Source: Camelus dromedarius (Eukaryota). Taken from it: a stretch of 64,000 nucleotides of DNA. The notes below the pieces were generated by a model. The model did not search any database, was not told the DNA's origin, and worked only from the letters and a program-made list of their open reading frames with translations. Position 1 is the stretch's first letter; each line of letters starts with the position of its first letter. A program made the translations under genes and the position numbers. Below are positions 40,801-53,900 of this stretch, piece after piece. The stretch lies in NCBI RefSeq assembly GCF_036321535.1, contig NC_087437.1:50966001-51030000 (forward strand), written 5' to 3'.

Positions 40801-42442
40801 TTTTTCTCATTAATCAAAGTAATAATATATTAACTATTTGAGGTTCTAGTAAACAAGGGATAATCACTTGCTGTAATTCTAGACAAATTTAAAGTTTTTG
40901 ATATCTTGTGGATGAGTATGTTCCTGGTGGTTTCATTAAAAAATTAGAAATACTGAAAATAGCAGCTTGAAGACTGGACTTTAAATATTACATTTGTAAA
41001 ATTTGGCTTGGGAACCACTAATCCAAAAGTTGAGGTTTAAATTGAAAACTGAAGAGTATAAATTTACCATTTTTTTAAAAGTGGTCATTAAATAGAATGA
41101 TTCAAATAAATCAGCTTTTGAGAAAATGTGGTGAAAATGTCTGAAATTTATTTTTTAAACTGCTTGATTTCAGACAATTCCATGTCAAATATAATTTTCT
41201 AGTTATTTTTAAATAATAGGTTTAATATGTTACAATTGTTTTCTGGCTTCTTTGGAGTTACTGTATATCTTTAAAGATAAACCTCTTCTTGATTAGTCTT
41301 TTTGCTCTTTCTGCTATGTTGTTCTTCAAAGTTCGGTTTGAGAAAATGGAGTAGTGTAGAGCATAGCATGTGGCAGTTCATTACTGAAAGTTGTAGGGAC
41401 CATGTTAGTCAAAATGTTGGTTTCCTTTGCTATCTGGTTTTTATTAGTCTTTATAAGCCCTTCACTAATGCATACTATCTTTAAGGCTGATAGTAACTAC
41501 TTTCTTTGTATACGGTTCCTGCATTCTAAAGGAAAAATAAGCTTGATTGCAGTACAACTACACTTTAAGATCAATTCTGACATTATGTATCTCCTTTGGA
41601 CTTTGTACTCTGACCTTCTCTGTCCCTTGCCCTTACCTATTAGGTTAGTGAGTATTACCTAAAAACCCTGCAGAAAATGCCCAGGTGAATTGCCTTGTCC
41701 TTCTACTCCTTAAGGTTTAATTCTAGACTAGATCAGTCATGAGAGAATCTATTCCAGTTTGCACCTGTGTTTTCTGCTAGAGAAACACTGAGAATTTGAA
41801 TCTATTTTAGTATCAATCTTGAAGTTCTTGTTTGAGTCTAATCTTAGCCAACCCCACAGAGTCTAAAATTGGATCTGAATCCAGTATTTACCACCCCAGT
41901 GCGAGACAGAGAGTAGGCTCTCTAGAATTGTTTCTTGATTGACCTGAACCCCTGCATAGGCTCAGGATCTTACTGTTTTATTGGGAAGAAACACTTAACT
42001 TAGCTAGGACTAACAATTCCTCAATTTGACCACATTGAAATATTCTTTACCAAGCTAGATTGACTTCTGCAAATAAGGAAATAAGCAAGATAACGTTCAC
42101 TTCACAATCAAAGCAGAAAGGGCTATAGAGATATGTGTTTGTATATACATGTAGAAAAAAATCAGTAGTCCATATCTTGGCTTTCCGGATCAACTTTTGA
42201 ATTCGCCTAAACTTTAGATTTATGAATTCTATTTATAGATGTCTAGGCCAGAAACCAGAACCACTTGTGTTTAAATACTGTTGGTATTCTGTGCACAGTT
42301 CAAGGTTCTAGTATTCTCCTTTAAGCATTCCTCTCCCCTTCCACCAAGGGGAAAAAAAAAGGTGCTGAATTGGTTGGTTTCTACAACCCTATAAGGATCA
42401 ACAAAACAGAAGAAATATGCATTTATATTCTAAAAGATTTAA

Positions 42443-42585
42443 ACAGGGAACGATATTCAATATCTTTTAATAGCCTTTAATGAAAAAATAATATGAAAAC
42501 AAACATATGTATGTATAAGCATGACTGGGACATTGTGCTGTACACCAGAAATTGACACATTGTAATTGTACTTCAATTTAAAAAA
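42443..42585 (+). mobile_element. Short L1 3'-terminal fragment (same family), intron 1
   Basis: ACAGGGAACGATATTCAATATC...CATGACTGGGACATTGTGCTGTACACCAGAAATTGACACATTGTAA. Confidence 0.85.
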
Positions 42586-43147
42586 TTATTATTATTGTTA
42601 TTATTTGATAAGCATGGTGACTCTATATGGATAATCTGGATAACTAAGAATTAAAAACTGGAATTTTGGGGAGAATTTCTCGAATTGATTTCATAGTTAT
42701 ATAAAATATAATGACTGAACAGTTTGCTTTTGGTAATATTGATAGACCAACTCAGAATTATTTAATGGCCCCAAACTCAGATGAGGCATCAGTTACCAGA
42801 CACTCTTCAAATATCCATTGCAGAATTATCATAGGATACATGTTTTTAATGCCACCATTAGCTTGCTGTTGACATGAATATTTGTTTACTCATCTTTCAC
42901 TCAGGAAACCTTACTGCAGGATAAAATCATCAAGTAAGGGAGTTGATAAACTGATTTAGATATAAAATAGCATAAAATTATTAATTTGCTTAAAGAAATT
43001 GTTATTCAGTATTGGTTTTCTAAGCAAAAGTAAACTTCCAGTCAGAAACTGAAATTTAACACTTTTCAACATGTTAGTAACTAATGCTAATTACACATGA
43101 AGTGATTACTACCTGATTTATATGTTGATGTTCTCCATTTATTTTAG

Positions 43148-43189
43148 GTGTGGAAAAACTGGGGCTTTGATCAAGCAAATGCTGAAAAG
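43148..43189 (+). other. KLHL24: Putative 42-nt non-coding exon 2 of KLHL24
   Basis: It has a pyrimidine-rich acceptor ttctccatttattttag| and a donor AAG|GTATTA. The content GTGTGGAAAAACTGGGGCTTTGATCAAGCAAATGCTGAAAAG resembles the recalled human 5' UTR segment preceding the first coding exon. Confidence 0.75.
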
Positions 43190-44733
43190 GTATTATATTT
43201 ATAATATTTATAAACTCTCTAAACATTAGAAAGTACAAGTCATTTTCCTTTAACCAGGGATCACTTATGCCATCAGAGGAACAGGGAACAATTCTATTCT
43301 CAAGATCATGTAGAAAGGCAGCACCACAGACATTTCTGTTATCAAACAAAGCATTTACACACTCCTTTCTACTCCTCTCGAATATCCTCCATCCCTCTTC
43401 TACCTTTTTCTCCAGTCTTAGAGACAGTACAGGAAGTAAGTTATCTCCACTCATTTTTCTGGGACATGGGCCAAAAACATGTAATTTTAAATCTACTTAG
43501 CAATGAGAAACTAGGTCTATAACGTTTATGAGTTCCGCAGTTGGAAATAAACCCTAAAGTACCCTTAACTAGAAGAATCTTTCTCTTAAAAATCTACCTT
43601 TCAAATGAGAGTTTAGCTCCTGAAGAAAATGAGGGAGAGAAAGGGATACTAACTTTTCTAGGCAAGTCATGTGACTTTGGCAGTCAGTCATTCAGAGTCT
43701 GGTCACCCTTGAATCCACTAACTTACATAGTTATAACTTTTAGTCGTTATATTTCTTTGGAACAAATGTTTTCTCTTGTTTTGTCCAGAGAAGCCTACTT
43801 AGTTGCTGTTTTTTTCCTGATAGGAATAATGATGCTTTGATATTTGCTAAATTTTTAGAAGAATTCAGTCTGTAATTTTACGTTTCATTTGCTTGATTGT
43901 TTATGAGTTCATTTATGATAAATCTTAAACCTATATTAGATGCTGTACTTTGAGATGTGGTTAAGTGTGTCTTTAAATTTTTAACCATTACTAGTTGAAA
44001 TAAAATACTTTGTGTAAAATGGGAAAATACAGTCTAGTGAATTACACCTGAAGCCCAAAAGATACACTCTGAAATGCATCTCCTATTCCTGATAAACTCC
44101 TGTGCAACTCATTTATTTTGTCATCAATATAAAGAGTTTATATTTCGTGCTGTTGTGGACTGCTTAATAGGAGAGTTCTCAGAAAGACCAGGCTATCCAA
44201 AAAGCCAGGCAAAAGTGGTTTGGAAGGAAATAGCCCAGATCTGTGAGATAGCCTCTTTTATGTACAAAGCAGTAAACAAATATCTTGTTGCTGTTGAATA
44301 TTTTGTAACAGCAGGTGATTTTATAGCTGTTCTTATTCAAGATTTTCCATTCTACATTGGGTAAAGCAGTTAGAGACCTGTCAGTTAACAATCAAGGAAA
44401 ATAGCCATGAGAATTAAGGGGCAGAAAACAGCATAAAAAACCCTTAACTCATAAAAAATTTTAATCAACCTTACTATTACAACTCATTCAATATGCTACC
44501 CCCAAATTTATCAAATACAATGAGATAACAGATAACAAATACCAGATACAGTAAGATTATTGGATATAGAAAGCAGAGTACTTTTCATTTGTTTTCTTAC
44601 TTGTCCCTTTTAGCTAAAAGGGAAATTCTTAGTACTTGCAGTATGTTATTTTGTTTTGCAGTCTGAATAAATTTTCGTTTAAACATTAAGAAAACAAAAA
44701 TGTATGGAGGCAGAAGTCTCAAGATTTTTGTCG

Positions 44734-44825
44734 TTAATGCCAGTAATTATTTCACTAGTCAAAAACAATGGTTTGAATTTTAATGCCAGTAATTATTTCA
44801 CTAGTCAGAAACAATGGTTTGAATT
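44734..44825. repeat. Tandem duplication, 2 x 46 bp, one mismatch
   Basis: TTAATGCCAGTAATTATTTCACTAGTCA(A/G)AAACAATGGTTTGAATT occurs at 44734 and 44780. Confidence 0.95.
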
Positions 44826-46184
44826 TTTTAAATCTGAAATGCAATAAGAATTTAAGTTAAATAAGCTGATTTGAAGAATAAGTTCTTGACTTGGGAAGCT
44901 GATTTGTGACTAATTCAACTATATTTTTAATTTAGATTAAAGCTTTAAGATTAAAGTATGAGTTATATGTCATACCACAGTTTATATTTATTATAATTGA
45001 ATATTTATCACTTGCAACATTACCCGCTTTGAACTTTTTACAGTTTCAATAATAAAAAATTGACATTCAAGCACAGTAGTCATGTCTCTTCTATGGGAGA
45101 TAGATTTCTATAAAATGAACTGTTATTGAGATAATAACTTCAGATTAAAAGCATATTTGAGATTTGTGCTACTGCCTGTATACAGAAGCTTGGAATTTGA
45201 AAGTGCATATATGTACATTATAAGCGAGTTTTTTTAATTTCACCCAGACATGTGTTCATGTGCTTGCGGACATGCACACGCATGCATGGACAGCCTTAAC
45301 CCAAGAAATTGGATAACCTGCAAGGAGACAAATAAATCACTTAATACTTTGGCATATGTGACTCCTTTGTTCTGTGCCTAGATGCACTGATACTTAAATT
45401 TTTCTCTTTTCTTTGCAAATGTTTTGATACCTGCTTTTCACTTACTGTCTGGTTAATACTTCCCGGTGTCATTAAACAGTCTATATAATTTTTAATGGCC
45501 GCATAGACTATGTTCCATCATTATATACACTGTGATTTAATACCCTATTGATGGGTATTTAGGATGTTTTAAGTATTTTCTATTAATACAGCATTGAATA
45601 TTTGTAGATAAATCTTTCCATATGATCCTGATTATTTCTTTAGGATAGATTGCTAGAAAGGGATTTGCTCAGTCAAAAAAATACATATTTTTAAAAGCCA
45701 TTAATGGATGTACCCGAATTCTTCTCTAGCAACACACTATATTAAGATAATAAACATTTATATTAGGATTCTGAATATAGTCAAGTTCTGTGTCTTATAG
45801 CATTCTGACTTAACTCTACATTCAATAGTTGAAACCCATTTGTATAAAGGGGAAACTTAAGGTTATCAGTAATTCACAAAGTACATAGTATCCTTTCAAT
45901 TGGCGGGGTGGTGGTTTAAAGAGTACTATTGCAAATTACCTCTAATATTCTAATAGTATAAATTTTTATTCATCAATTTTTATTAAGATGAGATAGTACT
46001 CTATACCCTGTATGAAATATATTAATTATGTGATTTTGTTATACTGTTTACATCAAAATGAAATTATATAATTTTACTGAACATTTTACATATTGAAATG
46101 TTTTAATTTTTTTTAATTTTTAGCTACATAAAGAAGATCCATAACAGTTATTTCTCAACAATTATATAGTCAACTGATGTAACA

Positions 46185-47104
46185 ATGGTACTAATATTGG
46201 GACGAAGACTAAACAGAGAGGATCTCGGGGTGCGTGATTCACCAGCAACAAAGCGTAAAGTTTTTGAAATGGACCCTAAATCTCTGACAGGCCGTGAGTT
46301 TTTTGACTTCTCTTCAGGATCATCCCATGCTGAAAACATACTTCAGATATTTAATGAATTCCGAGATAGCCGCTTATTCACAGATGTTATCATTTGTGTG
46401 GAAGGAAAAGAATTTCCTTGCCATAGAGCTGTTCTCTCAGCCTGTAGTAGCTACTTCAGAGCTATGTTTTGTAATGACCACAGGGAAAGCCGAGAAATGT
46501 TGGTTGAGATCAATGGTATTTTAGCTGAAGCTATGGAATGTTTTTTGCAGTATGTTTATACTGGAAAGGTGAAGATTACTACAGAGAATGTACAGTATCT
46601 CTTTGAAACATCAAGCCTTTTTCAGATTAGTGTTCTCCGTGATGCATGTGCCAAGTTCTTGGAGGAGCAACTTGATCCTTGTAATTGCTTAGGGATCCAG
46701 CGCTTTGCTGATACCCATTCCCTCAAAACACTCTTCACAAAATGCAAGAATTTTGCATTGCAGACTTTTGAGGATGTGTCCCAGCATGAAGAATTTCTTG
46801 AGCTTGACAAAGATGAACTTATTGATTATATTTGTAGCGATGAACTTGTTATTGGTAAAGAGGAGATGGTTTTTGAAGCAGTCATGCGTTGGGTCTACCG
46901 TGCTGTTGATCTGAGAAGACCATTGTTACATGAGCTCCTGACACATGTGAGACTCCCTCTGTTGCATCCCAACTACTTCGTTCAGACAGTTGAGGTGGAC
47001 CAATTGATCCAGAATTCTCCTGAGTGTTATCAGTTGTTGCATGAAGCAAGACGGTACCACATACTTGGGAATGAAATGATGTCCCCAAGGACTAGGCCAC
47101 GCAG
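46185..47104 (+). CDS. KLHL24: KLHL24 first coding exon (codons 1-307 partial; N-terminal extension, BTB/POZ and BACK domains)
   Basis: The ORF reads MVLILGRRLNREDLGVRDSPATKRKVFEMDPK...FTDVIICVEGKEFPCHRAVLSACSSYFRAMF (BTB motif), recognised as KLHL24. The acceptor tttttag ends at 46123 (exon starts 46124), the ATG is in acaATGg context, and the donor is CAG|GTGAGA after 47104. Coding length is 920 nt (phase 2). Confidence 0.98.
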
Positions 47105-50100
47105 GTGAGAAGACTGTTTATAAATTAACTACAACATAATTAACAAAAGCTTTCGTTTTTAAAATATTTTAAAACCTCCTGAGTATAATCTCAGTGTAGT
47201 CATTTATATGTATCGTCTACATGTGACTTTATATAATTTAAGATTTGTTTTAGATTATAAATTATTAGCATTTCTCTCCCAGTGAAGACTAGATTCAACA
47301 GTAGCATGTTTTGTTACACTGTTTTTCTGAGCTATGAGAGGGTATTTCAAAGGGTCTTTGCAACTATGCATTTTTCAAACTATTTCTTCTAATTTTTCCT
47401 AACCTTTATAGGGTCCCAAATCATTCCACTTTTCTTTCCGAAGGGTCTTTGGATATAAAGGAACTAAAGATTTTATTAGACTCTGCTGGACTGCCTCTAC
47501 TTATAAAAAGCAATTTGCACATTTACAGACTAACCTTTTTCCTAACCAACAACATGAAATATAGAGGTGAAGTAAGTAAGCTGGTATAGACTGAGTGGAT
47601 CCTACGATGTAAAACCCAGGTTTCAGATCTTTCTTACTGCCACAGTTACTGGATTTAAAAAGCCTATAGATTTTAATTCATAAGCTATAGAAAAATAATC
47701 TCTATGCCTTAGTAATAGAAGGAGTAATAGTAAACATTTTCTTGTGAGCAAAAAATGGCTATTGTGAGAAATATTATAGTAAAGAATCTTAAATATCTTT
47801 CTAACAAAACTGACTTTTTGTGTTTGTGGTAAAAAACACATAACAAAATTTACCATCCTAACCCTTTTTAAGTGTACTGTTCAGTAGTAAATATATTCAC
47901 ATTGTTGTGAAACTGATGTTTTTTTCCCACACAATCTCTACTTTTCCTATAAATTTACTGTAGCATTGCTCTCAAACCACATTTTTAACGTTGATTTTGA
48001 TTATCATTATTTTGGAGTGTGATTAAAATTCAGCATATTGTGAGATAGCATGTCTTTAAAATGTACACTAGTTTGGATAAAGCAAAATTTAATCCATTTC
48101 CTCATATGTACAATGAGAACGATGATAAATAGTAACTTATTTCATTATGGTTTTGCCATTGAAACTATTAAATCCAATAATCCTTAAGGTGCTCTGCTTT
48201 AATCCCTCTTGAAACTCTTCCATTAGCTTCTGGGATACCATTTCCCTCATGGTCCCCTTCTCCAGCTACTCTTTTTCAATTCAATGGTTCTTTATCTAGT
48301 CTTTGAAATGTTGATATTCCCCTTGGTTCACATCTCATTGTCTTGCCTAATACTTTCCTAGATGATCTCATCTGTTGTCCTGGTTTTGATTACTGTGCAT
48401 GCTATTGACTATCAAACCTCTGTCTCCAGCCCTGACTTGTTCTTTCATTCATTCATTCATTCAGCCAATGGTTTTTTTAAGATTATATTTATATATATGC
48501 ACACATACTTTATATATATAATATATATAAATATATATAGTAGATGCATCTTTAAAACAGTAACATAGGCAAAATAACATCTCAAAGTTAAGAATAATTC
48601 TTTCATATTATTTAATATCCAATCCATATTCATATTTCCCCAATCTTTTCCAAACTGTTCTTTGAAGAATCTGGATCCAGTCCAGGACCACTCATTGCAT
48701 CTGGTTATTTCCATGAAGTCTCTCGTTCCGAAACAGTTTCTTTTTCACGATTCTGACTTGTTGATGGGCATGTTGTCCAGGAAAATATCCCACTTTCTGT
48801 ATTAGTCTGTTTACTTCATTATGCTGTCACTTAGCTGCATTAAGCTATGTATCCTGAAAACAAAGTTAGCTCGACAAGCTTCAGGTCAATGGAGACAAAT
48901 TAAATATTTTTGGCTAGAATTCATTCTAAGTAATGTAAGTATCTCATTGCATCACATTAGGAGATACAGCATATCTGATTGTTTCACTACTAGTGATGCA
49001 AAGATTAGCTCTGGATTAGGGCAGTGACAGTCTGATCCCACCACTGTACAGTTGAGTTATAGTCCTCACATCATCCAGTGTTTCTTTAGTGTTTATCCTG
49101 TGCCAGATATTCTCCAGAGTTCAATTCATACTGGGTAGTGTACCTATACATACCCATGTGTCTCTTAAATGACAGAGAAAACCCCAAGGTACATTATATT
49201 AAAAACAGTGTGATGGCAATTTCCTAGAAAGGGGATATATTATAGGACGTAAGACCATGAAAGCTTTAATAATCTGCTTTGCCAGTTGTAAACCTTAGAT
49301 ACATAAAGAAAAAATAGTGGAGACCAGTCACAGAAGAAGTAAAGTTTAGGAATACTTGTCTTTTTATTAATATATATTATTGCAACTTTAAATCTCTATA
49401 CTAATGTATAATACTGTTTTTAATAAACAAAGTGCAAGCCTCATGTCGTCTTGAGTACTGGCTTCAGAATCAGATAGGCCTAGACTAGAATCTGGCTCTA
49501 TGTAACTAGTTAATTCTTTGACCTTGGGAGCACTTTAACTTCTCTATGTGTCAGTTTCTTAATCTGTAAAATAAGCATAATACCATATACTTTGTAAGAT
49601 TGTTGTGAGGGTTAGAAATACCATGTGAAAAATGCATAACCTAGTATTTGACACAAAAATGCTTAATAAAAATTATTGCTGGTTTCATGGATAATCAAAA
49701 TACATTTAAATTTTTGCTATCCTTTTACAGAATGGGAAATGTGGTTTGAGAGACAGAAATGTTAGCTATCAAATGGTTTATTTTAAGCATGAATTGTTCA
49801 TATCTATGGAAAAAAATCTTTGCCACACTCCATTAAGCAATAGAGTTGGCTAGGATTTAATAAGTTCATCATTTTGAGTTTAATTGAATTGGTTAAGTAC
49901 TTGTCTTTCCTAATACTTTCTACTACCGCTTATGATAATAATCCATTACTATATAATGAAAATAGGAACCTAATTACCATAATGACGACAAGGTTCAAGT
50001 TGCTATTGAATAAATCAATGAGAAGACTAAGGTTAAGACTTTTTAAGAAATAATATTTTAGAACTCAGTGTTCTGAATTTTTGTTTCAGTCCTTCTTAAG

Positions 50101-50189
50101 AGTGTTGATCTCCTATATCATCGGATGCGTGGTTTACCATTTTTACACATGTTAGTTCATTATTATTTTGAACTCATTTTTACATAAAA

Positions 50190-50900
50190 GTACTATATAC
50201 ATGTAAATATTCCTCTGCCTAACCCTTGGTATGTCAGTTCTCGTTCCCAAAGGATACCTCCCTGTTACATTCTTTGCATATATAAGTGGGTGGATGGGTG
50301 GGTGGGTGTGTGTGTACGTGTGTACACACGTATACATCCCCACTGTTTTTTATATAGATGGTAGTATACTTTACTCACAGTTCTGCATCTTGTCAATCAC
50401 TTAAAAGTATCTTGGAGATTGTTCTATATCAGCACATATAGGTTTTCATTCTTTTATTTTTTTTACTTTTTATTATGGAAAATTTCAAATTCATTGTTTT
50501 TTAAAAGATGTATAGTACCCCACATATAGGTGCCATCATTTATTTAATCCATCTCTTAATGATGGACGTTTAGGTTGTTTCCAGATCTTTTCATTGCAGA
50601 TAATGCTCAGTGAATATTCTTGTACATGTGTCTGATAATTTATAGCATGAATTACTAGAAGTGGAATTGCTCAGTCATAGGATATGTGCATTTTAAATTT
50701 TGGTAGATGTTGTAAAAATTGCCCTTCAGTTTATACTTCATTCAAAAATATGAAAACCCCTATTTCTCTGCTGCTTTGCTGACACAGCGCATCATTATTT
50801 TTGTAAATCTTTCTGGAATGTGAAGTGGCATCTCATAATTTTAATGTGCATTTCTTTAATGTGGAAGGTTGAGCATCTTTTCCTGAGTTGGAAAACCATT
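50190..50900 (-). mobile_element. Ancient antisense L1 fragment (similar remnants near 45.3-45.7, 47.8, 48.6-49.0 and 56.9 kb)
   Basis: GATGGACGTTTAGGTTGTTTCCAG...AGAAGTGGAATTGCT...GTTGAGCATCTTTTC are antisense L1 3' motifs. Confidence 0.7.
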
Positions 50901-53900
50901 TGTAGGTTGGTTTTTTCCTGCAATTCATTGAACTCTAGTATATCAGAATTCTGATTGCAAGTAATTAAAACCAGCTCATCAGTGTAAACATAGAAGGGAG
51001 ATAAGTGTATTTAAAGGGTACAGGAAGTCATTATCTTGAAGAACCTAAGGGCAGAAATTCAACAGGACTTCCAAGAAGACTAGAATAGGCTACTGAAAAG
51101 CCATCAGAAACCAAGCTGTGCCCTCTCTCTACCTCCTGCCTCTGCTTTTCTCTGCATATCTGCATCATTCCCTCTCACTAGTCTGGCTGAATATAGCCAC
51201 TCATGGGTTTGGGGGTCTCTATATTACAAGTTCAGTCACTCAGGGAGATAAAATCTCTCCCTCTCGTGTAGGGAGATAATCTCTGATTCAGCTAGACAAC
51301 CTTCTCTGGACAGTTACCTCTGGCCAGGGAGCAGGATCATGTAGCAGAAAAGTAGTAGCTGAAATTCTTGTCCAATATGTAAGAGCAGACAACCCAGTAG
51401 TGTCTATTAATACTAAGATATGTTTTTTTTCCTTTATTCTTTCTTAACTTGAGGTAAAGAGGAGGGGATAGAGTGATTTATGGTTAATTGGAGATAAAAA
51501 ATAACACCTATATTCCTATCTCCAAGAGGTAACACTGTGGCACTTGACTTCATTCTTCTCTTTTATTGTCTACGAACTTATTATTTCTTTCACAGAGTTG
51601 TAATCTATTTCATAGTCTGCTGTTACGGTAAACGTATTTTCTTGATATGAAGCTACAGTATAGCACATAACCATCCCACCCACATTTAAACTCTTCCTGA
51701 TTTTTTACTAGTAAGTGAGATGAAGACCTTTGTGACTATTTAAGCATATCTGTGATTAGTTCCTGATAATAAATTCTTAGTTAACTGCTGATTTTCAAGA
51801 GTAAACATTTTGAATCTTTGGATCAGTACAGCCATTCCCTTATAGAACCCATTCTGCCTGTTCAGTTTCAGGTGGAAAGCCTTACCACACAAGCTGAAAC
51901 TTGTCCTTACAAAGTTTACAAAGCCATAAGGTTTGTGGCTGGCATAGCCTCTTAAGGGGTCATTTATAATGATGAACCATGACAGTGGTTCCTCTAGGCT
52001 CAGAAACTTTTTTTTTTTTTTTTTGCTACAGTAAGAATAGATCAGATTATTAAGGGCAGATTAGGGGCAGATTTAATGTTAATTATGAGAGACCAATTAA
52101 CTTATCTTTTAGTTTATATAGATTTATTTACAATAAGAAATGGAACTGTCAAAAAGACTAGATATTAGGTCAACCTGTCCAGCATATTCTCTTACTATGA
52201 GCAAGTCACCAGTTGGGAAGCCAGAGTTTTCAAAGGTTGTTTGGCAAGAATGGAATCCAAACAGAGGGAGCTAGGAGATCTTTAGAACTAGAGTCCTCTC
52301 AGCTAGTATAGCTTGAGAAGGTCTCACCCACCATAAAATATTCTTACCAAAGAAATAGTAATGTTCAAGTTAGCTTAGCCAAGGTTTTTTCCTTTAGACA
52401 GTAACTTGAATGGACACAAAAAATGTGTCTGTGATTATTTATTTACTCTTTCATTCATTTGTTCATTCACTTATGTATTGCTGCTAGGGCTGACCAAGCC
52501 CCTCTTTTGATATATACTTAATACATGGAGTTTAGTAACTGTCACATCCTGCAGAGTAGAAAGCTATTCAGTCTCTTTAGGACTTAAAAGTCTCATATCT
52601 CTGTTTGAGTTCATTATTTTGGTTTGATGGCTTAGTTTTCAGATATTTTTGAGTCTTGGAATGGTAAATAGACTATATCACTAACACCTCTCCTTTTTCC
52701 CTTCCAACTTCTCACTATATGGAAACATTTCTTATTGTGTTTTTTTTTAATATATTCAGTTATTTTTCTTATTAACCAGAATCACCTTTTGACCCCTTTT
52801 TGTTGATAAAAGTTAGTTTGGCAGTTCATCTCTCTCTGGCATATTTCGCATTGATGATAAGAAGGTCTGTTTTCAGCTAGCAAGTCATGTATTTTACCTT
52901 TTGAGATTCTTAACTGAACCTGGTAATTGCTATACAGTTTGTTGATTTGGTTTAGAATGTCCTGTGGAGTTATAATTATTTTATCTTTTACATAAATCGA
53001 AGACTGTGATCTTTGATCTTTTCTCAAATTTATGATAAAAGAGAATGATGACTTTCTTTAAATGTTTACCATTGTAGAAAAAAAATAATTTGCTTGCCAC
53101 ACTTTCCTGGGAACAAATGATGAGACGTATGCTAAAGCAGCAAATATTTTTTATTTTGTAATAGTGGAAAATCATAATTTTTACTTTAAAAGATTAATAA
53201 AATAAAGTAACATTCACTCTAAAAAATAGATTACATAGGTATTCAGAATTTTATTCATTCTATAGTATCATCTTGGCTGCCTTTTTATTCTGGTCACCAT
53301 TATCAGTTACAGCAACTCACTTCCTTTAAGGCAATCATTTTCCTGCCTGAGATAAGTATTTTTCTAAGCTCAAGAAATAGAAATAACAATTTTATTGAGT
53401 TAGTCTCTAATGAGAACACCAGACTTGTCTCTAATTAAGTTAAAAGCCATTTCATTGCAAATAAGACCTTCAGCGGAGGAAAAACTACTAGTTTGCTGAT
53501 CCTTTCAGATAAATACACATAGCCTTTATTTAGTGGGACTAAATGTTTTAGCTGTTAGCTTTTTGTGCTGTTTTCTCTTCTTGTTCCAAGGTACAGAACA
53601 GATAGTATATGTTCATTGGGCTAAAAAAGTCTTGAAAAAAGCAATCAAGCAAGTTCAAGCAAAGGGAAAGTATAAAACAAGTAAAATGCTATAAGTAAAG
53701 TATAAAGCAAAATTCTATCAAAGTTCCATGTAGTAATTACCTTGATTTTCTATTAAAACAATTAGGAGTGATTGAACCCCAGTGACATTATTTAGCAATT
53801 TTTGGTTTTGTTCAATCAATAAGATAAGTCTGAAAACTATCACCTGGGTTTGTTTTAGAAGTATTTTAAGTGAGATTTTAGGAAATAATACTTCTACGGA

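Noticed and set aside
44734..44825. CRISPR-like or other prokaryotic repeat array
   Set aside because: There are only two adjacent copies with no spacers, and the context is a mammalian intron.
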